A stretch of DNA of 63,566 nucleotides, the filler included, from Craspedostauros australis (lineage: Eukaryota): NCBI GenBank assembly GCA_030167865.1. It is 7 parts of 7 records of this genome, joined end to end, with 100 filler letters (N's around TTAATTAATTAA, not from the genome) between each part and the next. Parts side by side here need not be neighbours in the genome. Positions count along the whole stretch, not along the records: positions 1 to 26,215 come from JALAGF010005970.1; 6 more parts are not named here. One strand, given 5' to 3'. Below, in pieces: positions 10,588-22,462 of this stretch. Both the position numbers and the translations under genes were made by a program. The notes below the pieces were generated by a model, which did not search any database, was not told where the DNA came from, and saw nothing but the letters and a program-made list of their open reading frames with translations. Positions within the stretch are counted from its first letter, which is position 1; each line of letters opens with the position of its first letter.

Positions 10588-11340
10588 AGCGGTGCATGCC
10601 CGAGGGGAGAAGTGGAAAAGAGGATCATATAATACTATACTCATGCCCATGCCCATACTCATACGAACCACACGCACTATGAATAGAGCACAACTGCCGA
10701 TATTATTGTCCGACATACATCACAACCACCAGGTGGCAAAACACTTTCACCAGACTTTAGACAATAGGCACCACCGCAACTTCGATCCAAGACACAAGGA
10801 ATTGGGGACGCCATGAACGAAGCGGGCCAACTCCAATCCGTGTTATCACCATGAGTGCGATTGCCGCGGATGCCATAAAGATGGGAATGGGATGGCTGCG
10901 GTGGCGTCGGCAGTAGCATCAAAGTAGGAGCGAACAATGGTAACCACCTCGGGTTTGGGATTATAGATCCTTGAGTGATGTCCACAGCGCAGCGCTGGGT
11001 CCAACTGTTGAGTCAAGATACAGAAGAAAGAAACCGGCATAGTGATACATTGAACGCAGTTCATTCAACCCAACAGATGCGGTTCAATTACATTTGTCTC
11101 CTTCCCCTGCAAATTAAGATCTGATCGATGCATGATAGATTAATCAATTTCTGATGTGCTTTGAATTGTCGAGACCACTTGTTGGAGATCTGCCGTGTGT
11201 TCGTCACCGCCGGTTCGACGGTGCGGTCCATGGCAGCAGAATCGAAGGTTCTGTTTCATCAGCCATTCGATAGGTCCAGAAGCGTTCAGCGCACAGCGAC
11301 CCAAGGAGAGCACCCAAGTCACCATCAATCGATCGCCCGC

Positions 11341-11898
11341 TCAATGAGGCTTCGGCACATGCCCATCTACGTAAAAGTTCCGCGTCGCCTTGGGCATCTC
11401 CAACACCGCACCTTCCATATCTTCGCGCACCGTGATCTGGCAACCCAACCGGCTCGTCTCCGTCAATCCGAATGCCATATCCAGCATGTCCTCTTCATCT
11501 TCAGAAGCTTCCTCCAGCGAATCGAACAGATCTGGTTCCAAAATCAAATGACACGTCGAGCAGGCGCAAACGCCTTCGCAGGCACCTTCCAGATCGATAT
11601 CATGGCGATGCGCGACTTGAAGCAAGGATTCGCCGACGCGGGCTTGCACGACGCGTTGCGTGTCATCGGGTTGCACGAAGGTCACGGAGACGGTAGGTGC
11701 ATCGTCACCAATGGCAGGTCCGCCGTGCCATCGTTTGGTTGATGGCGGCGATGTGGATCGTGCTGCGAAGGCGGATGATGTTGTCGGTGTGGAGATTCGC
11801 GTGCTCAATGTCCTTGCGATTGTTTGATGTGATGTCCGAGATGAAGATGTCAGCACTCTCCGCAAGACTCCGGAGGCGATCATTTGAGAGATCGTCAT
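11341..11898 (-). CDS. Mitochondrial [2Fe-2S] ferredoxin (adrenodoxin/Yah1-like)
   Basis: Motifs GACEGVCACSTCH, EEDMLDMAFGLTETSRLGCQ and the C-terminal NFYVDGHVPKPH. The N-terminus is an Arg/Ser/Thr-rich mitochondrial presequence. Confidence 0.95.
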   Translation of the reverse strand: MTISQMIASGVLRRVLTSSSRTSHQTIARTLSTRISTPTTSSAFAARSTSPPSTKRWHGGPAIGDDAPTVSVTFVQPDDTQRVVQARVGESLLQVAHRHDIDLEGACEGVCACSTCHLILEPDLFDSLEEASEDEEDMLDMAFGLTETSRLGCQITVREDMEGAVLEMPKATRNFYVDGHVPKPH

Positions 11899-13263
11899 GG
11901 TCTATCTGCTGAAGGAGTGCTCCACTTGCTTGTGTCGTACCTCCGTTCGAATGCTTATCTCACTGAAGCGACACCGCTCGAATGGCTTTGATCGGGACAA
12001 AGGTGCTGGACGAAGATGTGGATTGATTGAGAACAGAGTATCTCGTAGAGAGGACAGGGAGAGGTGCTATGGGCATGCTTCTACAACTCCGAGGATGCAG
12101 ACTGTGGCCTTGGTTGTGATGATGTGCTTCCTCTCTGTCCAAGTTTGAGCCATGTCCCTTGTGACGATGATTGATGATGGTGGTTTGATGTTTGATGATG
12201 GTCGTCGTGTGTTTGCTCGATCTTTTCGCTTCGTTTTTCGTTTGATTGGTGATGACGTGGATGACGTTCTCGACTCGTACGACTATTTCAAAGAACAATG
12301 CTACTCGGGACTTGACTGAGTCGTCAATCCGCACCACGATGATAGGTATCTCTCCCCAGAGAGAGACTACTCTGGAGTACGATACACATGTACACCAAGG
12401 GATTCTCGAAGGATGCCAGTGCCCATTTTGAAAAGCTCAAGAGGCCATGACACATTTGAAGATCTCTTCGTCGAGTCCACATGAGGGAGTCCCAACGGTA
12501 TGCCTCCACTTCTGTCCACTTCAAGATTAATATTGTCGAATATGATGAAACCTTGAAGCACCGCCTGGAAAGAGTAGGCTTGATCGATGTCTCGACAGAT
12601 GAGTGGGCAACAGAGCAGATGGAGGCAGCAGAAAGTCGAATTGAGTTTGCCCTGAAGTTGTCCATGTCTGTATGCCCTTGTTCGGTGTCTGTCTGTTTGG
12701 TTCACAACCCTCTTGACTGTTTGCATCGATGTCCGTTTGTCGAAATGACACTCTTTCGTTTGTCATGAAATCGAAGCACCCGTGACTCGACTGAATCGTA
12801 TCCAAAATAATTCATTCGTGCAACCAAAATCCAAGAACACGGCAGAAACAACAACTTTTGGCAGCACACAACCACCAGAACTTCACAACACCACCACAGA
12901 CAGCAGGAGACATCACAAATCGCTCTGAACGACAGCCCAGACACAGAGCACAGGCCAAACCCTCCCACAAGAAGATCCATCTGCATGCATAGTCGTACAC
13001 AACAACCATCCAGCCACTCAAGCAGCCACCCAAGCAGCCTCCAAGTCATCTGACCAACCCATCAAGAGAGAGAGAGAGAGAGAAATTCCTCAACCTCCGC
13101 GCCATCAACAGCAGTCAAGCTCAGTGCACCACAGAATATAGCAGAATACTCCGGGGGAGAGCAACACGGAATAGCGCAAAAGGAGCATCATATAATAGCG
13201 GTAGTACTCCACGAGCACACGCAACATCGGCACAAACGAGACACCAATCGCACCAGCATCATC

Positions 13264-14652
13264 ATGGGGAACAAGCCAGCGACATTGGGCATCTCGACCG
13301 ACCATGAGTCCTACAAGGCCGGATCCACCATGACGGGAACCGTCTACCTTTCCATCCAGAAGCCGCTGACGAACAACCCCGCCTCGTCGCGACAGACGCT
13401 CAATCTGGAGATTTGCGGAGAGGAGCACGCTGTCATCCACCATCGGACGACTGAGGAAGATCACCGGAGCACGTCTCACAACAGCGGAAACATCCATCGA
13501 GACCAAGATCACTATGAAGAGTCGTCGTTCCCCTTCTTCCAACTCCAAGTTCCACTGGCGATGGTGGACACGAGCCGTGCGGGTCGGTACGAGTACCCTT
13601 TCTCCTTGACACTGCCGACCACGCTTCCGAGCAGTATGCATCGCCAATCCAGTGGACAGTCCTACTGCGAAATCCGGTACCACCTGAAGGCCACGTTGGG
13701 GCGCAACGGAGGCTTGTTCTCCGCCGGTCCGCAACCCCAACAAAAGGAGATCAACATCATGGCATCGCCCACCAAGACGCAGGATACAGGGGTCACGGCA
13801 CCCAGAGAATACGTCCCCGTCATGGCTTGCTGCTGTTGCTGCAGTGAAGGCACAATGATGCTGGAGGCCGCCAGCAACAGATCCATCCTCGCGCCCAATC
13901 AAACCTGCACGGTGAAGTTCATGGCCAAGAACATGTCCAAGCAGAAGGCCAAGCGCGTGGAAGTTACCCTGATGCAGTCCTTGGAATGGAATGTCAACGG
14001 GCGCACGGAGAAGACCCGCACGACGCTGGATCGTCACACCATCGACGCGCGCATGCTGCCGGAGCTCAAGAAGAAGCGTCGTCACCAACGCGAGGACTAC
14101 TTTGGCGCACCTGAAGAGCAGGGCCTCAACAGCACTGACGCCGGCGGCGGTGGTAATACTCACAGTGTAGACATACGGGTGCCGCCCAATGCGTTGGACA
14201 CGTATGCAGGAAGGTCCGTCCAAGTCAGGCACGCCTTGTTGGTGACTATCTGGACCAAGGGATGCTGTTCCACCAACCCAGAAGCGCGCATGCGCTGCAC
14301 CATCGCATCCGGCTCGATCCCTGCACCTACGAGTATGGCAGCTCAGAGCAGCAGCGGCGCTGCTGGGACCATCGATCCGCTGGCGGGCAGTGCCTCCATG
14401 TCTCCATCGGCTTCAGCGCCACCGTCGTACATGGACAACGAGGTGACATTCGAACCACCCCAGGTGCCTCCCATGGCTTCTGTCACGCCGGTCTCCTATG
14501 CCGACTCTTTGAACACACCCCAAGCGCACGCCACGGCGTTGCCGCAAGACTGGGATGCCCAAACCGCCGACGTCGTGGAGATTCCAATGGCCCAAGCAAC
14601 TCTGTTGGGTCCAGCCGCATCCACACCCACGGAAACCAAGCATGTGAGGTAG
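13264..14652 (+). CDS. Arrestin-domain protein (alpha-arrestin-like)
   Basis: YKAGSTMTGTVYL, GEEH and GRYEYPFSLTLPTTLPSS...IRYHLKA form an arrestin N-domain. A C-domain and a Pro/Ser-rich tail containing PPSY follow. Confidence 0.8.
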   Translation: MGNKPATLGISTDHESYKAGSTMTGTVYLSIQKPLTNNPASSRQTLNLEICGEEHAVIHHRTTEEDHRSTSHNSGNIHRDQDHYEESSFPFFQLQVPLAMVDTSRAGRYEYPFSLTLPTTLPSSMHRQSSGQSYCEIRYHLKATLGRNGGLFSAGPQPQQKEINIMASPTKTQDTGVTAPREYVPVMACCCCCSEGTMMLEAASNRSILAPNQTCTVKFMAKNMSKQKAKRVEVTLMQSLEWNVNGRTEKTRTTLDRHTIDARMLPELKKKRRHQREDYFGAPEEQGLNSTDAGGGGNTHSVDIRVPPNALDTYAGRSVQVRHALLVTIWTKGCCSTNPEARMRCTIASGSIPAPTSMAAQSSSGAAGTIDPLAGSASMSPSASAPPSYMDNEVTFEPPQVPPMASVTPVSYADSLNTPQAHATALPQDWDAQTADVVEIPMAQATLLGPAASTPTETKHVR

Positions 14653-15920
14653 ACCGACCAACTGCCTGGCTACCTGACGCAATGAATGAACAACGATGCA
14701 GGCATTGGATCTAAAGAGTTCAAATGGCACACAACTTCTATGTGAGAGTTCACAATAATGAGCAGTAATAATGCTAATTTGCATATTGTTATAATACTCA
14801 ACACAATGTCGGTATACAAATAGACGAGTATGGTACATGCTGCGTGTGCGCCCGATCCGAGTAGAGACTGGAGTCAATTCATTTCGGACAGTCGATGGTG
14901 TTCGCGCCCATTCGGAATTTACCCAGAAAACCCCAGAGGACTGCGAGCGTACCTGAGCTAGTGTCCGGCTTTTATTCGATGCTTTGGGCACGAACGGTAC
15001 CCAACAAGATCCGTTCAGTTCAGGCATACCTTGTTGGTGACCATTCGGGTCACCTAGAATGCGCCTCATGACGCCCATCACGCTGGTCCTCACCCGAAGC
15101 GCATTCCGTGGCGTTGCTTTCTCGACGACCGAGACTTGCAAACCTTGGACGAGGCAGCGATTCTGATGGGACAAACGGCCCCACCGAGAACAGCCACTTG
15201 CACAGCCATTGAAAGCGAGTATCTTCACTCTCACTATGTAGATGCTGATGTATTGCTTAGCATAAACTATTGCAGAATGTACGAGTACGACTCCATGTAG
15301 TTCGTACATGTAGCAGCGTAGAGCAGGATGGAGGCTGGACGGATTGGCTGTCTCTTTGCTTCACCCTAGTTTTGACGGGACTCATAGACAGGCCTCACTC
15401 GTGAATGGGTTGAGCGCGTGTCTCATGCCGACATCATGAAAGATCCACGAGCGCTGCACAATCCAACACGCGTTCCACTTGTGCTTCCACAAAATACTTG
15501 CTTGTATCTATTCTAATAGAATATATTACATCATCAATCACACAGTTCACCACACTCCGCAGGCGTGGACCTTTGAGATATAATACAATCACGAGCTATT
15601 ATACGAACAAAGTGAGCAAGAAGTGTGCAAAGGCGTTGGCGTACTCGTAGTGCATGCGGCCATTTTGCTCTGCCAATCTCGTACAAGTACATACGGCAAA
15701 GTGCAAGGAGCTGGCACCAATTCTCTCTCAGTGACAGACGAGGATGCAGTCGAGGCCAAGAAGAGGGGATCTGCACAACATTCAAGATCCTTGAGCCATC
15801 ATCTCGTGGTTCATCGATCTTTCACTGCCGATGGAGACAAACAGACGGATGAAGGTTCCGCAACGAAGAAGGGATGAGTGCAACTGCCGATACATCGACT
15901 ACTGGACTTTGAAGTACGCA

Positions 15921-18900
15921 ATGGGGACAGCAATGACGATTGCAATGATGGCAACGGCCACGGCATTGGTGGCAATGGCAACCACGATGCCAAGCACAGC
16001 CGATGCTTTCACGCTGCATCCCAGCACAAGTATCCGTACGACCAAATCAGTTGGTCACCGGGCCTTCGCTGTTCTGACAAGGCACTTCGCAAGTCGCGAC
16101 AATGGAGATGACCCGATGCAGCATATTGGCATTCACGGAATCACCAATGCCAGAGGATCAACTCACAATAGCACCAGAGCAGCATCACGGCGTGATTTTC
16201 TGAAGTGGAATTCGGCCTCGGCAGTCGCTGTCAGCACAATGATCGGCTCTCCATCATCGTCGCTTTCCGATGGCACCAACTCGCAACCCGCGATGTCGTC
16301 GCCACCCATCAACAGTGAAGCAGCCACACGAGCTGCATCGTTGCTCGATGTCAGCAGCATCCCATTCTCCACCACACGCAAGTACAAATCCATCAAGCTC
16401 TCCAACGGATTGGAGGTGCTGCTGGTCCACGATAGGCGACAGCGAGCATTGGCATCCGCCGCGTTGACGATCCGTGGAGCTGGCCAATTCTACGACACGT
16501 TGGATGGCATAGCGCATCTCATGGAGCACATGGTCCTCAGCAGTCCCATTCTGGAGGGTACATCTATCACGGATGCTGGCATTCGCTTCATCAAACGCCC
16601 CGCATCCTCCTTCAAGGACTTTGAAGAGTGGTTGATTGACTACGACGGCGCCTCCAACGGTTTCACGGCCTACGAAAAGGTCTGCTTTCATTTCACGTGC
16701 CCGCCCGAAGTCTTCTCCAGCGCCCTGCAACGCTTCGCTTGTCTCTTTCGACAGTCCACAGTTCAGAACACGTGCCAAGACCGCGATGTTCTAAGGCGCG
16801 AAGTGCGGCGAGTCAATTCGGAATTGAACTTTCGCTCCAGCGGCAACCAGGAGCTCTACCTGTTCAAATCTCTCATGAATCCCAACCACCCCTTCTCCCG
16901 CATATCGGCAGGGACGTTGGAATCTCTCGAGTTTTTGCCCAACAGACAAAATGTGGATGTATCGGCTGCGTTGATCGACTTCTTTCGCAATCAGTACTTG
17001 CCGCAGAATGCGGTCCTCGTTGTGGTCGCGCCGATGGATGTTGATGTGCTGAAATCTTGGGTGATGCCGTTCGCCAACACGCTGTCCCTGCAGCCAACGG
17101 CGGCGGCGTCCCAATTGGCGGATGCTGACAACGACATCATGCTCAGGCAGCAGCTGTCATTTACGCGACCGTTGCAACCGCAAGGACTGCGGCGTACATA
17201 CCCGCCAGCCTTCCTCCCAAACAAAATCAACACTCCGATCTGCCTGTATCGTCCCAAAAGTCCAGTTCGGCTGGATGAGAATGTGGAACGCATCATCTTC
17301 CATTGGCCGTTGGAACTTGACTACTCCAGGACCAAGTCCACGCCGCACAACGTCGTATCGCCTGCTCAAGTCGCATTCTGCCTTTCTCAGATCTTCGGTC
17401 GCAAAGGTCCAGGCTCGCTGTACCTGCTCTTGAAGAGCCAAGGGTGGATACCAGACGGATCGCAGTCCATCCCGCGGTTCTCCTTTCCGGTGGAAGTCAG
17501 CGGATTCCAGGTCCTCAAAATGGAACTGCATGTCACCACGGAGGGCTTCGTCAGTCGCGCGGCCGTCATCGCGGCCGTCTATGACGCCATCAATGTGTTG
17601 AGAGACAGTGACGGTACCGGTGCTCCCTTCGTGCTGAAGCGTGCGCTGATCGCACAGTACGCAGCTGTGGCCGAGCTATACGGGTATCGACTCAGCCCAC
17701 GACCTCCCGATGCCATCGAGCTTGCCTTCGATGCGCAAACGTATGGCGTGGACGGACCGAAGGGCGTGGGCACGGCAGGATGGCATCGCTTTCCATCGTC
17801 GACGGATCTTTGGGATCTCGTGCGGCTGCAACGATCGTTGGCGCAGACGCTGATGGTCATGAGCGACGTCTCCAACGCCGTCATCTTCACCACCGCTTCC
17901 AAGAAGTCTATCCTAGCCGCCAGGAACACTCTGTTTGATGATTCTTTGCCGCGCATGTCACCGGCGAGCTGGGACGTGGATGGATTGACTGGTGCACGGT
18001 ACTACTACGACGACGCATTCCGTCTTCCGGCGAAACCTGGCGATTGGCTCATCAAACAGTTCGTGGAGGATGAGCTTTCAGCCCCCCAAATCGACCCCCT
18101 CGTTCCTCCAAGCATTCGGTTGGCCCGCAACCCACTTGGTGTTGCGCTGGAGGAGGAAGCGTTGCTGCGGCAGCAACAGCAGCAGCAGGCAACGCACCGA
18201 AACGCATCAAAGATGGTTCCAAAACTGCAACTAGATCTACCGCAAGATCTACAGCAACCATCGTTTGACGACATCACGTCTCGAAGGCTGTTGGCTGAGT
18301 CTTCTAATGAGCGATCATCCGACGACGGTGGTCGTGCCGCGCTCATGAATGAGATGGTGGACGATCCGTCGAAATTGGCGCTCGTACGGGATAGCTGGTC
18401 GGTGTTGAAGGTGATTGGATTCGAAACCAAGGGACCACGCCTGCGCCTACCCCCAGCAGCGCCCGAACCATCGTGCAGGAGCGTCTTCATCCTGCAGATG
18501 CTGTCGACACGGCCGGCCGAAGCTACGCCCGAAATGGCGGCCTGCGCCGAGCTGTGGAAACTGTCGTTTGAATCCGCCGTATCAGATCTTGCCGAGCTGG
18601 GCGTGCCTGGTGCGCTGGGATTTGAGATCAGCTTCAATCGGTACGGCATGCGAATTGCATTCTTGGGGATCAGCCAGAACATCGCATCCTACGCCAGACG
18701 CCTGGCACGTCGCTTGGTCGATCATCCACGCAGGATGTCTGAGAAGCAAGCGCAGTTTCCACCGGGGGTTGTGGATGCCGCCATCCGACGCGTCAACCGA
18801 GAACCGGGCATCCCGGGCAACCGCAAGCGACAGATCGTGAGCATACTTAGGGACGCCACCCCGATGGACGCTGGACGCGAGGCAACGGCGTTCTTTCGAT

Positions 18901-19142
18901 CTTGCGCCGGCGGGACGTGCGTCTCCCAAGGCGATTTGCTGCCGAAGGAGACCATCGCGTTGCTCGCGGACCTGAAAACAATTCTACGCGTTGTGACCGG
19001 TTCCAACATCAGCCCCACCCCGCCAACGCCCGCAGTCAAAGATGTGGTGTACAATGCCATGTGGGTGCCCAGGTTCGCCTCGCTGTGCTCCGTTCCTGGC
19101 ACCAATTTTGTTTCCGATGCCTGCGGGCGGATCGCCAGGTGA
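15921..19142 (+). CDS. M16 (insulinase/pitrilysin) family zinc metallopeptidase with plastid-type presequence
   Basis: Motifs LSNGLEVLL, GIAHLMEH (HxxEH), SNGFT, REVRRVNSE and HPF...GTLESL. The signal peptide ends ADA-F. The start at ATG 15921 is a judgement. Confidence 0.85.
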   Translation: MGTAMTIAMMATATALVAMATTMPSTADAFTLHPSTSIRTTKSVGHRAFAVLTRHFASRDNGDDPMQHIGIHGITNARGSTHNSTRAASRRDFLKWNSASAVAVSTMIGSPSSSLSDGTNSQPAMSSPPINSEAATRAASLLDVSSIPFSTTRKYKSIKLSNGLEVLLVHDRRQRALASAALTIRGAGQFYDTLDGIAHLMEHMVLSSPILEGTSITDAGIRFIKRPASSFKDFEEWLIDYDGASNGFTAYEKVCFHFTCPPEVFSSALQRFACLFRQSTVQNTCQDRDVLRREVRRVNSELNFRSSGNQELYLFKSLMNPNHPFSRISAGTLESLEFLPNRQNVDVSAALIDFFRNQYLPQNAVLVVVAPMDVDVLKSWVMPFANTLSLQPTAAASQLADADNDIMLRQQLSFTRPLQPQGLRRTYPPAFLPNKINTPICLYRPKSPVRLDENVERIIFHWPLELDYSRTKSTPHNVVSPAQVAFCLSQIFGRKGPGSLYLLLKSQGWIPDGSQSIPRFSFPVEVSGFQVLKMELHVTTEGFVSRAAVIAAVYDAINVLRDSDGTGAPFVLKRALIAQYAAVAELYGYRLSPRPPDAIELAFDAQTYGVDGPKGVGTAGWHRFPSSTDLWDLVRLQRSLAQTLMVMSDVSNAVIFTTASKKSILAARNTLFDDSLPRMSPASWDVDGLTGARYYYDDAFRLPAKPGDWLIKQFVEDELSAPQIDPLVPPSIRLARNPLGVALEEEALLRQQQQQQATHRNASKMVPKLQLDLPQDLQQPSFDDITSRRLLAESSNERSSDDGGRAALMNEMVDDPSKLALVRDSWSVLKVIGFETKGPRLRLPPAAPEPSCRSVFILQMLSTRPAEATPEMAACAELWKLSFESAVSDLAELGVPGALGFEISFNRYGMRIAFLGISQNIASYARRLARRLVDHPRRMSEKQAQFPPGVVDAAIRRVNREPGIPGNRKRQIVSILRDATPMDAGREATAFFRSCAGGTCVSQGDLLPKETIALLADLKTILRVVTGSNISPTPPTPAVKDVVYNAMWVPRFASLCSVPGTNFVSDACGRIAR

Positions 19143-20088
19143 TGCCGTATATTAGATTGTACCATACCCCTCTAATAGGTCGTATGTATAATGTGTGTAT
19201 GCAAAGAGCAATCCAGCATAGCACTTCTTGCGAGGGCTGTGCTATGCAAGACATTAGTACTGATGGAACATTCGAAGATCGAACTACTCGGACGCGGCGG
19301 TGGACATACTAAAACGACGGGGCCTTCCGCATCGAAAGAGGACATCGACATGCAGTGAACAGGACATACTTCTGCTCGATTGTCGTAGTATTAAGCTGTC
19401 TATTTTACCTACGATAATATAAGATATGCACTGCTGTCATAAAATGAGCACTGCTACTACTATTACTATTATGCTGTGCATATCATTGGGACCATGCTAC
19501 CATCACACCACCATGGAAGCGCAAGCGTGGATAGTAGCTCGCGTGATTGCGAGTCTTGGAGGACTGCCAAACCGCTCCCACCCACAGAGATCTCACATGC
19601 TCTTCTTCCGTTCCGATGGCCACCAACGACACCCCAAAACGAATCATCACGGAATCAAGACGCGAATCTCAGCGCGCACTTGGACAAGAATATCATTCAA
19701 AAATAACGCCTAAACGATTATTGAGCTTCCCTCGCTTTTGTACGATTGGCCATTGTGTTAGCAAATGCGCGCCTGTCGTGTTCTCATTGGAAACTGTGGG
19801 AGATTCTTCTGGCGGTGCGCGCAGGCCCATACTTGCAAGATTGGCAGAAATTCTGCATCCAACGACAACGGATTCCTCCAACCGCAAATGGCCGAGAAAG
19901 CCGAAACAGCACCGCCCAAGCACCCAACAACTCCAACCATGAGAGTTCTTACAGAAGAGCAGAAATGGAACCACAACCACAAAGATCCCCATCATTCATC
20001 ATAAATCACAGACGATTGCAACATTGCCTTCTCGAACGTCAGCAGTACTTCACTCACTCTCATACCAATACCAATAACACACCGAAAG

Positions 20089-21056
20089 ATGATGATCTCA
20101 ACCAGCAGAATGTTCCTGATGACGGCGGCTGCCGCCATCCTGATGGCCTCGCAGTCACTCGTCGAGGCCTCATGCCCTGACAACTGCGGAGAGGACGGAG
20201 GATGCGTCGACGACATGTGCGTCTGCGACAACGGCTACGCCGGCGCCGATTGCAGCTTCCCTGTGCTGGTCTGCCCAGGCGCCAGGATGACGTGCTTCGA
20301 AAAGGCCAAGTGCGTCTCGTACAATCAGCAGGATCTCGACATGGAAGACAGAGATTGGTCTTGCGACTGCACCGACGAATTCGGCAACATAGATTTCACC
20401 ATCGACAGATGCTACGAACCAAAGATCGAGAGCTGCGAGAGAGACATCGAGACCAGCACCTTCGCATTCTGCATCAACGGCGGAACATGCCGCGGACTCG
20501 TCGATGACGGTGACTTGCACGTCGGATGCGATTGTCCTGATGGATACGAAGGTACGTCTATTGTTTGCGACGGTACCTGTTTCTTCTTTGAGACGTGCTG
20601 TGTATTGTCTTCTCGGATAAATCACAGCATTGGTTTGACCTTACCAATCGGCTGTTGCTCTCGTCGTATCGTCATTGTCTGGTGCTCCATGGCTCACACA
20701 CACACGCTCTCTCGCTCTTCTTTCCTTTTCCGTTTGACGTTTGACATTCGCCATCTTCCACAACGCTCCGTCGATCGTAATCGTAATCGTAATCGTACCA
20801 CTCTATCCCATCCTTTCTCAACACAGGTCTTCACTGCCAGTACGAAGAGGGAGATGCCCCAGATGGAGAACTGCTGGTCGTCGAAGAGCGGGCGCCAAGC
20901 TCAGGCAAGAGCAAGAGCAAGAGCAAGGTCGGCACCATCAGCGGCTTGTTCATCGCTGCCATCGTTGTGAGCGTCGTTGGAGGCATTGGGTTCATCGTCT
21001 ACAAGAAGACCATCGGAAGCCCAGGAACCACAAGCTCTGGCGTCCCATCGTACTAA
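20089..21056 (+). CDS. Single-pass membrane protein with EGF-like repeats; 2 exons (20089-20551, 20827-21056)
   Basis: Signal peptide followed by CVCDNGYAGADC and CINGGTC...CDCPDGYEG. Removing the GT-AG intron 20552-20826 completes the EGF motif (GYEGLHC) and gives a TM segment (GLFIAAIVVSVVGGIGFIVY-KK) and a TAA stop at 21054-21056. Confidence 0.85.
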
Positions 21057-21736
21057 GCTCGCCGCAGTGCGAACGCGATGCAGATGCCCAAGGGACGATG
21101 ACGATGATAGCGATTGAGGAAAGGGCAAATTCTATTTGCTCTCTCTCTCTCTCTTCTTTGATTCCGAATCAGATTGTTTACTCTTAACAGGTTCATTAGA
21201 TTGTTTCATTACTTCAATTTACCGTCTTGGCCCAGATCCAGATCGAGAGCCAGCCTTTGAAGCCACCCCATGTGTGCATCGCATGGGTGGGAACGAATAG
21301 TCAGGTTCGCATGTTCGTGCATGCATTCCTGCTGTTGGTGTTGGTGTTGTCCAAACACCGTGGACGTGTTCTCCCACCAAAGACGACGTGAATCAATCGA
21401 ATGAGTCAAGCAATGACAGAACGTTGTTTCCACGATGGCGGCAAAAATCGCCTTCCGCCATTCACACGCACCACAACATCACGCATGACCAAACGTGCCG
21501 CCGGATGACGCAAACAGCGAAGTTCGAGCGGGCGTGAAAGGACCACAGCACACCCTCAACACATTCCACACTTCGCAACACCACACATCGCATCATACAG
21601 CACAGCACAGCACAGCACAGCACTGTACCACACTACTCGGACCAGTATTCGACCAGAAGAAGGTCATCACTACCGCCCTTGCTTCCGACATCGACGCAAG
21701 CATCAATTCAGAACTCCGCCGTTTGCGGCCAACAAG

Positions 21737-22462
21737 ATGACGAACGCCGCTTCATCCTGCCACAGAAGGGTGTGTCTATTCGGCACGTCCGCCAATCCGC
21801 CAACGGGAACGGGAGGGCATGTCGGCATCGTCCAGGCCCTATCCGGCCTGCGGTTGTTCGATGAGATCCGCGTCCTCCCCGTGTACCAGCACACCTTCTC
21901 AGCGAAACGAAATCAGCTCATCTCCTACGATCAGCGTGTCGAGATGTGCCAGCTGGCCTTCCAGAATATTCCGAACGCCGTGGTCTCGCGAGCCGAACAA
22001 CGATCGTGGCAGCATCAGGCACAACACGCGACGGATCTGCAAGCCCTGAGAGTGGGCACGGCCGATCTGCTGGAAATGCTGCAATCGGAATCACCGCACG
22101 ACGAGTTCACTTTCTGCTTGGGAGCCGATACCTTCATGGATCTGACGGCATGGAAATGGAAGCGATCGAGAGATGTTCTGCGACTGTTGCAAGGGCGGTT
22201 GGTCGTCTTTCTGCGGCCAAGTGCCGGTGAAGGCGCGCTCAGCGACAAGGAACGCATTCGGAATCGCATTGCCGATGTGAACAAGGAGATGGGGTATTCG
22301 CACGATCCCATCATTCTCCTGGAAGTACCGACGTTGGAAGCCATCTCATCCTCGATGGTGCGGTCAGCGGGTTCGGTAGAAGAGATCAAGCAAATCGTCA
22401 CTCCTGAGGTTCTGGATTACATTGTCTCGAACGACATGTATGGATTCATGGGACGCAACTGA
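21737..22462 (+). CDS. Nicotinate/nicotinamide-nucleotide adenylyltransferase (NadD-like)
   Basis: LFGTSANPPTGTGGH (variant of GxFxPxHxGH), R..M..LAF, LGADTF.DL..WK, ISSSMVR and V.DYI...MY. Confidence 0.85.
   Translation: MTNAASSCHRRVCLFGTSANPPTGTGGHVGIVQALSGLRLFDEIRVLPVYQHTFSAKRNQLISYDQRVEMCQLAFQNIPNAVVSRAEQRSWQHQAQHATDLQALRVGTADLLEMLQSESPHDEFTFCLGADTFMDLTAWKWKRSRDVLRLLQGRLVVFLRPSAGEGALSDKERIRNRIADVNKEMGYSHDPIILLEVPTLEAISSSMVRSAGSVEEIKQIVTPEVLDYIVSNDMYGFMGRN

Noticed and set aside
12340..12770. Coding-like frame with two TGA stops upstream of the 12481 ORF
   Set aside because: It may be a gene remnant, but I recognise no family and it is too short to support a call.
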